In this document: positions 30,924-40,402 of the stretch, piece after piece
Layout of the letters: every line of letters begins with the position of its first letter
Position numbering within the stretch: position 1 is the first letter of the stretch
From: Candidatus Dojkabacteria bacterium
Lineage (GTDB): Bacteria; Patescibacteriota; Dojkabacteria; J137
Assembly: GCA_030834985.1 (NCBI GenBank)
Contig: JAUQWV010000006.1
Coordinates: 140,168 to 204,167 of the forward strand
DNA: 64,000 nt
Direction: 5' to 3'
Translations under genes and position numbers: made by a program
Notes under the pieces: model-generated
Seen by the model: the letters and a program-made list of their open reading frames with translations, nothing else
Told to the model about the DNA's origin: nothing
Databases searched by the model: none

Positions 30924-31826
30924 CTAATTAGTACATGCAGACGGATCACAACTCGATCTACAAAATAGAGTCAGTGCATTATCTCCAGTACCAATCATTA
31001 CACGTTCTCTCCTACACCAGGTAGGAGCTCCTGGGCTGTCACCCTCTTGAACTCTGCACAATAAATCAACCCTATTCAATCCAAGAAAACCTGTAGGACA
31101 ATCGTTAGAATCCATCCCTTCTCTGCCCTGGCACAAAATACCTTCAGGCTGTAAACCTTCTTGAAGAGCTACACAAGGAGCTGCTAAAAACCTTGCAGCA
31201 ATTACACCTTTAGGATCTGTACATAAACTTCCATAAAAGAACTGAAAGCCTGGCATATTTACGTTGTAACATTGTGCCGATTCATTTATTCCAAGTAACC
31301 TAAATACTGTAGTCAGAATCGGCACTGCCAAGAATACTAATGCAAATCCGATTAAATAATTGATAATACGTTTCCTAACTTCTGTGATTTTAGTAGGATC
31401 ACCTCGTGAAATCAGATAATCAAAACCCATTTTTACAACAAGCAAGAATGATAATGAAGCAACTAATCCCCAAATTGCATATAAGATTCTTACAAACCAT
31501 ACTTCTATTTGCTGTAGTGCAGGAGGCTTTAATTGAGCAATAATTTTATCTGTAGGGTTTGAACAATCGTTGCCGGCTGCGTTAATGCTATTGTTTGGAC
31601 AACAGAAGTAATTTCCAAAACTATCTGGCCCAGCTACAGTCAATTTTACTGTACCTTGATTGTCACTTAATACTTCACCTGATTGTTTATCAAAACATTG
31701 ATAGCTATCTGGATTGTTACCCGAAAAATCAAAAGATTGTAACTGTGCATCTACACTTGAAGTTAAAAAATTCCCAAACAATAAATTAGCAAAAATAAAT
31801 ATGTACAGAAGTGTTTTTTTCTTCAT
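30924..31826 (-). CDS. VirB2/TrbC-like two-helix pilin-like protein with Cys-rich N- and C-terminal extracellular extensions (paralog 1 of 6)
   Basis: 300 aa. Signal peptide. Core motif hydrophobic helix - ISRGDPTKITEVRKRI - hydrophobic helix, shared with the five genes upstream. 20 Cys outside the core. Confidence 0.5.
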   Translation of the reverse strand: MKKKTLLYIFIFANLLFGNFLTSSVDAQLQSFDFSGNNPDSYQCFDKQSGEVLSDNQGTVKLTVAGPDSFGNYFCCPNNSINAAGNDCSNPTDKIIAQLKPPALQQIEVWFVRILYAIWGLVASLSFLLVVKMGFDYLISRGDPTKITEVRKRIINYLIGFALVFLAVPILTTVFRLLGINESAQCYNVNMPGFQFFYGSLCTDPKGVIAARFLAAPCVALQEGLQPEGILCQGREGMDSNDCPTGFLGLNRVDLLCRVQEGDSPGAPTWCRRERVMIGTGDNALTLFCRSSCDPSACTN

Positions 31827-31884
31827 TAGACTTAATATTAATAATCTACTACTATAATAGATTAAAGAGATTTGCTAAGCAACT

Positions 31885-31915
31885 AAAAGCCCCCCGATTA
31901 ACGGGGGGGGGCTTT
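31885..31915 (-). terminator. Intrinsic terminator inside the pilin-like gene array (after paralog 2)
   Basis: Hairpin gcccccc-gattaa-cgggggggc with flanking A/T runs, between 31948..32436 and 30924..31826. Confidence 0.65.
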
Positions 31916-31947
31916 TCATAATCTCTATTAAAATTATTCTCTTATGC

Positions 31948-32436
31948 TTAAGGTTGCAAAATCGAATTTAATAACGGACTTGTCTGGTTGTTAATTGTAT
32001 TATTTGTATCTAATGCTCCACCAGCACCAAAGAATGCAATTACAATAATAATACCGATTAAGCCAACAAACAATGCTGCAATACCTATGAATACAGATTT
32101 TATAGCTTTCTGTGCTTCTTCGATTTTTCCAGGATCACCTTCACTTCTAATATATTTAATAGCAGCTTTAATAATTACATAAATCGAGAAGATGATTATT
32201 GCAACAAAGATTAAAGATACTATTAGATTGAATGTACTTCTAATTGTACTTCCAGTTGTATCGTCAGTAATTCCTGTACATAAAGTATTAATTCCGAATG
32301 CACTTACACTATTAATGAACGGGAACACTGTACAAATAAGATTTTGAGCTCGTACAGTTAATAACGGTGATAACACAGGGGCAGCTAGCAAGAATGCTCC
32401 TACCATCATTGTTATCAAAGCTTTATTTTTGAACAT
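31948..32436 (-). CDS. VirB2/TrbC-like two-helix pilin-like protein (paralog 2; candidate major subunit)
   Basis: 162 aa. Signal peptide. Core LIVSLIFVAIIIFSIYVIIKAAIKYIRSEGDPGKIEEAQKAIKSVFIGIAALFVGLIGIIIVIAFFGAGG. Followed directly by a strong terminator. Confidence 0.55.
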   Translation of the reverse strand: MFKNKALITMMVGAFLLAAPVLSPLLTVRAQNLICTVFPFINSVSAFGINTLCTGITDDTTGSTIRSTFNLIVSLIFVAIIIFSIYVIIKAAIKYIRSEGDPGKIEEAQKAIKSVFIGIAALFVGLIGIIIVIAFFGAGGALDTNNTINNQTSPLLNSILQP

Positions 32437-32453
32437 AAAGTTTTTTTAATAAA

Positions 32454-32888
32454 TTAATTTGTAATTAAAGGTATTTGCGTACCCTCCGGCGCATTTAATG
32501 TTACATTTAGAATACCACCAGCACCAAAGAATGCAAGTACTATTATTAATCCTATCAAACCTACAAAAATAATTCCAATGCCAATGTATACTCCTCTCAT
32601 CATCCCAACTCCTGCCTCTATCTGGCTTGGATCTCCGTTACTTCTTATTATAGTAACAGCCGCTTTAATAATCAAGAAAACACCATAAAGCATTATTGCT
32701 ATAAAAATAAAAGCAAGTAAAGCCTTTATTAAGTTTGTTACCTGAGAATTTACATCACCGCATGCATCAAATACAGATGTATTATACTGATCACACGGCA
32801 AAACATCTGCAGCAGTTTGGGCTAATACATTAACCTTTAATAATAAAGTTAATGCTATAAAAGCTGTAATTTTAAAAAGATTTTTCAT
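32454..32888 (-). CDS. VirB2/TrbC-like two-helix pilin-like protein (paralog 3)
   Basis: 144 aa. Signal peptide. Core ...AVTIIRSNGDPSQIEAGVGMMRGVYIGIGIIFVGLIGLIIVLAFFGAGG, near-identical in its C-terminal helix to paralog 2. Confidence 0.55.
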   Translation of the reverse strand: MKNLFKITAFIALTLLLKVNVLAQTAADVLPCDQYNTSVFDACGDVNSQVTNLIKALLAFIFIAIMLYGVFLIIKAAVTIIRSNGDPSQIEAGVGMMRGVYIGIGIIFVGLIGLIIVLAFFGAGGILNVTLNAPEGTQIPLITN

Positions 32889-32897
32889 AGTTTTTTG

Positions 32898-33473
32898 TTA
32901 ATTTCCTAAAGGTTGACAAGCAGCTTCTGCAGCTGCAGCATCAGTATTTTGAGTTTTATCTAAAAGCGCCTGATAGTAAAATTCGTAATTAGTGGTATCG
33001 CTACAAAATTGAAACATCTTTGGCCAGCTGAATATTGTTCCTACTCCTAACAACAAACCTACTACACTTAAAACTACTGGGAAAAACAAAGTTATTGCAG
33101 CACCCAGAAGTACTGATTGTACTTGTTTAAATGCCACTGCTAAGTTTTCCGCATTGCCTTGACTCTGCAAGCCTTTAACTCCAGCTTTAACAAGTAAAAA
33201 TACCCAGAATACAACTAAACCTATAGTAGCTAAAGCTCCTACAAAAGAAAGCCAGCTTAAAATACTCGCATTATTAGTATCAAAATCAATAAAGCTGGCG
33301 AATATTGGTATTCTAATTTCTCCTAATGCCAGTTCGTCATCAATATTACAATTTACACAAGAAGTAGTTGAATTAATAAGGCCACCAGGTCTATCTTGCG
33401 CAAGAACTGGAAGAACCATTAAGCTAACGCTTATAGCAAATGTAGTTATTGAGTAAATTAAATATTTCTTCAT
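32898..33473 (-). CDS. VirB2/TrbC-like two-helix pilin-like protein (paralog 4, divergent)
   Basis: 191 aa. Signal peptide. Core LATIGLVVFWVFLLVKAGVKGLQSQGNAENLAVAFKQVQSVLLGAAITLFFPVVLSVVGLLLG. Confidence 0.45.
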   Translation of the reverse strand: MKKYLIYSITTFAISVSLMVLPVLAQDRPGGLINSTTSCVNCNIDDELALGEIRIPIFASFIDFDTNNASILSWLSFVGALATIGLVVFWVFLLVKAGVKGLQSQGNAENLAVAFKQVQSVLLGAAITLFFPVVLSVVGLLLGVGTIFSWPKMFQFCSDTTNYEFYYQALLDKTQNTDAAAAEAACQPLGN

Positions 33474-33474
33474 A

Positions 33475-34116
33475 TTATTTTATAGTTATAACTACTCCGC
33501 CTGTATCTCCTCCACTAATATCCAGGTTGCTTAATTGCCCAACACCTATTAGGTTGGCAATAACCTGTATTATTATTATAAAGCCCCAGCAAATAATTGC
33601 TCCAAGTACAAGATTTGTCAGCTCTTGATTAATTGCAGCAATCTCATCGGGAGTTGAAACCATCGTCCGCTTTACACCTGTTACATAGATTCCTCTAACA
33701 ATTGCATATAACGAAACAAATCCTAAGACAGTTGTAAATAATATATTTATAATAGTACCGATATTATCTGGATTCACCCTTATTGTAGTATTAAAAACTT
33801 CAAAGCTTCTAAATAGCTCTGGATTACCTTCTCCCGGCAATGTACCTGACTGTCTAGATCCGTCAGCATTGACGCATATATTAGGACAGCATCTTGTTCC
33901 AGGACTAGTAATTCTTTGAAGCTGGCAGTTCAAGTCTGCTGTGTATCCGCCAGATATTCCAGGCCTATAAGGCGCAGGGCAAGCATTAGGAATATAATAT
34001 GGAGCTTGGCAGTTTGCTCCACCGATTTCGTTCTCTGGATCGCCACCATTTGCGCTCACACTATCAAAGCTTAAGAAGCTTAAGATTAAAACTCCAAATA
34101 TTAATATTTTTTTCAT
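33475..34116 (-). CDS. VirB2/TrbC-like two-helix pilin-like protein with a Cys/Pro/Gly-rich N-terminal extracellular domain (paralog 5, divergent)
   Basis: 213 aa. Signal peptide. N-domain with 10 Cys (NCQAPYYIPNACPAPY...CCPNICVNADG). C-terminal two-helix core LYAIVRGIYVTGVKRTMVSTPDEIAAINQELTNLVLGAIICWGFIIIIQVIANLIG. Confidence 0.45.
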   Translation of the reverse strand: MKKILIFGVLILSFLSFDSVSANGGDPENEIGGANCQAPYYIPNACPAPYRPGISGGYTADLNCQLQRITSPGTRCCPNICVNADGSRQSGTLPGEGNPELFRSFEVFNTTIRVNPDNIGTIINILFTTVLGFVSLYAIVRGIYVTGVKRTMVSTPDEIAAINQELTNLVLGAIICWGFIIIIQVIANLIGVGQLSNLDISGGDTGGVVITIK

Positions 34117-34125
34117 TCTGATATA

Positions 34126-34506
34126 TTAATTCTGAATTAAGCCGCCCTGGATACCTAAAAGTCTTCCGGCAAAATCTACTATTGTTGGCGCAAAAACAGC
34201 AATTGCAAAACCTACAATCGCAGCTACTATTATTTGACTGCTTGATTTAACTTTATCCGGATTACCTTGCGAAGTTAATCTTATCCAACCTCCGTATAAA
34301 ACCATTGCTCCAAAAGCAATAATAAATACTGGTCTAATTAAAGTTGTTACAGCATTAATAATATCTTCAAGACTGCCATATCTAGTTGGGTTAGGAATTT
34401 GAAAATTTTGATTTACATTAGTTAGTCCGCCAGCAAGAACAGGTACTGAGAAAATTACTAATTGAGTTATTACAACCGCAAATGTTAAAAACTTTTTTTT
34501 ACTCAT
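34126..34506 (-). CDS. VirB2/TrbC-like two-helix pilin-like protein (paralog 6)
   Basis: 126 aa. Signal peptide. Core FIIAFGAMVLYGGWIRLTSQGNPDKVKSSSQIIVAAIVGFAIAVFAPTIV. Confidence 0.5.
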   Translation of the reverse strand: MSKKKFLTFAVVITQLVIFSVPVLAGGLTNVNQNFQIPNPTRYGSLEDIINAVTTLIRPVFIIAFGAMVLYGGWIRLTSQGNPDKVKSSSQIIVAAIVGFAIAVFAPTIVDFAGRLLGIQGGLIQN

Positions 34507-34524
34507 AATTAAATATGTCTTAAA

Positions 34525-37104
34525 TTAATTTACAATATCTCTAACAGTTAGTCCATCAAATACAGCTTCCATACCACTTCTGAGCTTACCCTGAATTATT
34601 AAATCTGCTAACTTGTCTTCAATATTTTCTTGTATTATTCTTTTTAATTCTCGCGCACCGTATGTTGGGCTAAAACCACGTTCAGATAATTCAGATAAGG
34701 TTCTCTCATTCCATAAAAAACTTATTCCTCGCTGCATCAAGTTATCATTTATTTTCTTTAGCATTAATGTAACAATCTGCTCAATTTCTATTTTAGACAA
34801 AGGTTTGAACATTATCAACTTATCAAATCTGTTTAAGAATTCTATTCTAAAAGATTCCTGTAATTTACTACCTACTAATTTTTCAACTTCATGATATTTT
34901 TGCCCTTTTAAAATCTCATTTGCAATAAGATTAGAGCCGATATTTGATGTCATAATTATGATTGTGTTTGTAAAATCAATCTTTCGGCCCATTCCATCTT
35001 TTAAGGTGCCTTCATCTAGAACTTGCAAGAATAAATCCAGTACCTTTTTATTTGCCTTTTCAATTTCATCTAATAAGATTAAAGAGAATGGTCTTGTACG
35101 AACAGCCTCTGTTAAGTACCCGCCAATAAAGTTGCCTTTATCATCGGTATATCCGATTATCCTATTTAAATTCAGTTCCTCTTGATATTCCGACATATCA
35201 AGCCTGATCATTAAGTTCTCACTACCGTAATATATATCAGCTAATGTTCGGGCTACCTCTGTTTTTCCAACTCCGGTTGGTCCATAAAATAAGAAAGATG
35301 CAATCGGTTTTTTACCGGCAGACAGACCTGATCGTGATCTTTTTATTGCAGATGCTACAGCATCAATTGCTTCTTGCTGACCTACAACCCGTTCATGCAT
35401 TTGAATAGATAGATTCATCAAGGTCTGGCTTTCTGATTCAGACAAATTTCCAACTTTAACGCCAACTCTATCGGATAAAACTTCATCAACTGTAGCAACG
35501 TCTAAGAAAGCCAGACCTTGATTCTTTGCTGCAAGACAGGCTTCTTCCAAAAGATCAATACCCTTATCTGGCATTACTCTATCTTGGTCAAATTTAGGAG
35601 CAAATTCTACAATTCTTTTTAGAGCGTTTACTCTAACACTTGTCTTATATTTCTTTTCAATTCTTGGAACTTCATCGATCAAAATTTGAAGAGCAACATT
35701 AGAAGCTGGTTCCTTTAAATGTACTACATCAAAACTTGCTGCCAATGTTTTAATGGGCTTAACATATTTGGAATAATTTGCATTATTTGTTGTTGCAATA
35801 ATCTTTAAATTCAATGCATCGATTGCATTTGTAATTAAATTTACAACCTCTAGTTTTGAGTCTTCACGTATATTTAGTATTTGTGTAAATTCTTCTAAAA
35901 CCAGAATTATATTTCCGGAATATCTGACCTCTTCAAACATTTTCTGTAAAGTCTGTTTAAAGATATCAACTGAACCAACCTGAGTCAGCACTTTATTTAA
36001 ATCAACAACTAAAAGTCTATGATCGTATAAAGAATTCGGAATATCTTCTACAACCATTCTAGTAGCTAAATGTCTAATAAACCTAGTTTTGCCAACACCC
36101 GGATCTCCTAAAACCATACATGCAGTTGCACGTCCTCGCTCCATTGATTGTAAAAGTCTAGCCATTTCCTGTTCTTTACCTATTGTTAACATAAAATAGC
36201 CAGTCGCTGCTTCTTTAGTAAAATCTTCAGAATATTCATCAAGTACTGGAGTAACTCTAGAGGTATATGCTCTATTTACATCGCCCTTTGGTTTTAACTT
36301 CGATAACTTTTCCCATCTTTCGTAATATTCCTTTTGTTTAGTTTCATTTTTAAACCAAACTCTTAACCCTTCAAGTTCTAACTCTGAAACACCTAAATCA
36401 AAATATATTGGTTTTAAAAAATACTTATTAAGAACAAAAAATAGTATGAACTTATTAATGCTGTTTGACTCTATTTTTATTGCTTCATCAAATAAGTATA
36501 GAAAAAGTGTTTTATGAGCATCACTGAATTTATATGATTGACTATTTTCATTCTGTTTTAATAACTCAATAAATTTATCTACATTTACTCCTAGCCTATT
36601 TTTTAAAAAGTATTGAATCTCTTTATGTTCAATAAGCAAACGAGTAAGGTTTACAATAAATGGATAGTTGTTATCTACTAACGTCTTATCAATAATTACT
36701 AAAGTTTCAAAATCCATGAACTCATCTATATAAAGTTCTATCTGTTTTCCGCTTTCAATTTGTTTAACCTTTTTAAGTAGATCAAATTTTTTAATAGATG
36801 TATCGAATTTATCGCGGTTTCTGCGTAAAAATAATGCAATGATGAAAGTATAAATACCTAAAAATGGTAAGTAGGTTAACAAAGATGTTGGATTTAGGAA
36901 CATATCTAAACCAAGATTACCTTGTAATACTAATAATCCTACAGGTACTGCTATAAGAATAAGCGTAAAAAGATCAAGCAGCCTCGAAGCACTTTTTTCA
37001 GTTCTATATACCGATAGTCTATCGCCTCTAAAATAAGATAGAGAATGCAGATCAACTACAATTTTTGCATTTTTATACTTTGCTAAAACTACATTTCCTT
37101 TCAT
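34525..37104 (-). CDS. Membrane-anchored double-AAA+ ATPase of the Clp/Hsp100 (ClpA/B/C) family: N-terminal TM domain replaces the Clp_N domain
   Basis: 859 aa. Residues ~40-95 hold two hydrophobic helices (LLDLFTLILIAVPVGLLVLQG; LLTYLPFLGIYTFIIALFL). D1 Walker A GDPGVGKTRFIRHLA. D2 Walker [16 protein letters not shown] plus sensor/arginine-finger region. C-terminal ClpB_D2-small-like domain (TYGARELKRIIQ). No Clp_N repeats. Confidence 0.7.
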   Translation of the reverse strand: MKGNVVLAKYKNAKIVVDLHSLSYFRGDRLSVYRTEKSASRLLDLFTLILIAVPVGLLVLQGNLGLDMFLNPTSLLTYLPFLGIYTFIIALFLRRNRDKFDTSIKKFDLLKKVKQIESGKQIELYIDEFMDFETLVIIDKTLVDNNYPFIVNLTRLLIEHKEIQYFLKNRLGVNVDKFIELLKQNENSQSYKFSDAHKTLFLYLFDEAIKIESNSINKFILFFVLNKYFLKPIYFDLGVSELELEGLRVWFKNETKQKEYYERWEKLSKLKPKGDVNRAYTSRVTPVLDEYSEDFTKEAATGYFMLTIGKEQEMARLLQSMERGRATACMVLGDPGVGKTRFIRHLATRMVVEDIPNSLYDHRLLVVDLNKVLTQVGSVDIFKQTLQKMFEEVRYSGNIILVLEEFTQILNIREDSKLEVVNLITNAIDALNLKIIATTNNANYSKYVKPIKTLAASFDVVHLKEPASNVALQILIDEVPRIEKKYKTSVRVNALKRIVEFAPKFDQDRVMPDKGIDLLEEACLAAKNQGLAFLDVATVDEVLSDRVGVKVGNLSESESQTLMNLSIQMHERVVGQQEAIDAVASAIKRSRSGLSAGKKPIASFLFYGPTGVGKTEVARTLADIYYGSENLMIRLDMSEYQEELNLNRIIGYTDDKGNFIGGYLTEAVRTRPFSLILLDEIEKANKKVLDLFLQVLDEGTLKDGMGRKIDFTNTIIIMTSNIGSNLIANEILKGQKYHEVEKLVGSKLQESFRIEFLNRFDKLIMFKPLSKIEIEQIVTLMLKKINDNLMQRGISFLWNERTLSELSERGFSPTYGARELKRIIQENIEDKLADLIIQGKLRSGMEAVFDGLTVRDIVN

Positions 37105-37427
37105 AAACTAAGTACTATATACCTTATTAACTGAATAATTGGTAAAAACGGTAATACTGCTAATGAAATTCCAAAAAGTAAGAATGGAATTGTAACAACC
37201 AAGCTTATACACGATCCCACTCCAATCCACATAAATCTAATAATAAAGCTTACAAATTTACCAATTCCTGAATTATCTTGAAATAATGGCTGTGAAATAT
37301 TCTTTGCCATCGGCAAAGTATTAGTCAAATTAAGGTTATAAACAAATCTACCTAATACGTAGTCTTCCCAAAAATCTTTAACTAGCGATAAATACCACCA
37401 GGAAAAAACAAAAAATAAATTCGCCAT
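37101..37427 (-). CDS. Small polytopic membrane protein, first gene of the locus (4-nt ATGA overlap with the AAA+ gene)
   Basis: 108 aa with 2-3 predicted TM helices. Its stop overlaps the downstream start, which suggests co-translation. Confidence 0.45.
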   Translation of the reverse strand: MANLFFVFSWWYLSLVKDFWEDYVLGRFVYNLNLTNTLPMAKNISQPLFQDNSGIGKFVSFIIRFMWIGVGSCISLVVTIPFLLFGISLAVLPFLPIIQLIRYIVLSL

Positions 37428-37487
37428 AAAAATACTTACTTACTTTCAACAGTATATATTATTAGGGTTTTGAAATTAAGGGATAAA

Positions 37488-37514
37488 AAAGCGCCGGCGT
37501 TAACGCCGGCGCTT
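37488..37514 (-). terminator. Intrinsic terminator downstream of groEL
   Basis: Hairpin gcgccggcg-ttaa-cgccggcgc with flanking A/T runs, 24 nt after the groEL stop. Confidence 0.75.
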
Positions 37515-37537
37515 TAAACACGATCTATTTATACCTA

Positions 37538-39187
<1,650 letters not shown>

Positions 39188-39190
39188 TTA

Positions 39191-39490
39191 TTAATTAATT
39201 ACTGCTAAAATATCTGATTCCTTCATAAGAAGGTAAGATTTTCCATCTAATTCGATGTCTTCTGGAGCATACTTTTTAAATAGTACTTCTTGGCCTACTT
39301 CAACATTAAAATCTATCAACTTACCGCTATCATCTCTTTTTCCTGTACCCAATGCAGCTATTTTACCACGCTGAGGTCTTTCACCTTTACCTGAACTTTG
39401 GATTAATAGTCCTGAAGCAGTCTTCTCTTCCTCTTCTAGAGGCTCTACTAAGATATATTCGCCTATCGGCTTTATATTGATCTTAGACAT
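39191..39490 (-). CDS. groES: Co-chaperonin GroES
   Basis: 99 aa. IKPIGEYILVEPLEEEEKTASGLLI... mobile-loop pattern. Immediately upstream of groEL. Confidence 0.9.
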   Translation of the reverse strand: MSKINIKPIGEYILVEPLEEEEKTASGLLIQSSGKGERPQRGKIAALGTGKRDDSGKLIDFNVEVGQEVLFKKYAPEDIELDGKSYLLMKESDILAVIN

Positions 39491-39527
39491 AAGTAAAACT
39501 TAAAAAATAATTTAATTTATAATACCG

Positions 39528-39554
39528 TTAGCACCTGACTAAAGATATTGCTAA
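39528..39554. promoter_or_regulatory. CIRCE-like inverted repeat (HrcA-operator-like) upstream of groES
   Basis: The sequence TTAGCACCT-GACTAAAGA-TATTGCTAA has the same 9-9-9 spacing as the CIRCE consensus TTAGCACTC-N9-GAGTGCTAA. The outer TTAGCA/TGCTAA hexamers are perfect and the inner triplets diverge. It lies 38 nt upstream of the groES start. Confidence 0.4.
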
Positions 39555-39727
39555 TAATATCAGAGGTTGGTGAATATGGTCAATATTGGTATTCTTTTAT
39601 ACCCACTACATTCTTACTAAATTTTTCACTAATTTGTAGTATAGTACAAGGATAATTATTCTCCTTTCCTTTAATATTTCACTAACCTGTGCATAAGCCA
39701 GGTTTAGTAATACGGAGGTATTACACA

Positions 39728-39970
39728 ATGGCTGATCCTGGATTCTATACGTATGATAAAGACGGAAATGCCGTATCGTACCATACAGGAGAAGGGTCAA
39801 AGTGGGACGGGCCTGATGTGGAAGGCTTTCACAGCTACTCAGAGGGCGATCATCATCACAATACCGGATGGTGGGATGGAGGACATCATTCCTTCGACAG
39901 TGATAACGCCGGTAACACATATGATGCTCACACCACCGACCACTCTGACGGCAGCATTACGCAAAACTAG
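39728..39970 (+). CDS. Small His/Asp/Gly-rich hypothetical protein encoded in a locally GC-rich island
   Basis: ATG at 39728 is preceded by GGAGG at -12..-8. The 80 aa product is MADPGFYTYDKDGNAVSYHTGEGSKWDGPDVEGFHSYSEGDHHHNTGWWDGGHHSFDSDNAGNTYDAHTTDHSDGSITQN. The track ORF starts at 39689. The region is visibly more GC-rich than its flanks. Confidence 0.35.
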   Translation: MADPGFYTYDKDGNAVSYHTGEGSKWDGPDVEGFHSYSEGDHHHNTGWWDGGHHSFDSDNAGNTYDAHTTDHSDGSITQN

Positions 39971-39990
39971 CAGTTAGCTAGTGAGAACAA

Positions 39991-40383
39991 GTGCTGGGGC
40001 ATATCATTGCTCCAGCACATACTTCCTTTTATAATATATTTATGGAGAAAAAAAGAATCAAAGATATTGATGAGGCTATTAGCTATCTTCAAAAGATAGG
40101 TTATTACGAAAATAAAACAGAAGACAACGTTCGTAATATCTTTAAAGAGGCCATCCAAAACTTTTTAGACAAAAAGATAACAATTTCTTTCTTAGCAGCA
40201 TTATGTACTGAACTATTATATTTTAAAGATAATATAGGTTCTTTTACGGACACTAGATTGCGAAATACTTTGTTGGCAGGCGAAGAACTTTCTCATTTAA
40301 TAACTTTTAATATAGAAAATAAAGCAAAATATAGTTATCTAGTCGATAAAATTATGAACTTTCGTAATGGTAAAACTTTATAA
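39991..40383 (+). CDS. Hypothetical protein (start probably at the internal Met, MEKKRIKDIDEAISYLQ, ~40042)
   Basis: 130 aa ORF with no recognised motif. The first 17 codons overlap the GC-rich island. Confidence 0.4.
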   Translation: MLGHIIAPAHTSFYNIFMEKKRIKDIDEAISYLQKIGYYENKTEDNVRNIFKEAIQNFLDKKITISFLAALCTELLYFKDNIGSFTDTRLRNTLLAGEELSHLITFNIENKAKYSYLVDKIMNFRNGKTL

Positions 40384-40402
40384 GACGGACATGAAGTCCA
40401 TA

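Noticed and set aside
39606-39920. 104-aa minus-strand ORF (MCYRRYHCRRND...)
   Set aside because: It is antisense to the GC-rich His-rich ORF and overlaps the groES promoter region. The Cys/Arg/His-rich junk-like translation is typical of the reverse frame of a GC-rich stretch.
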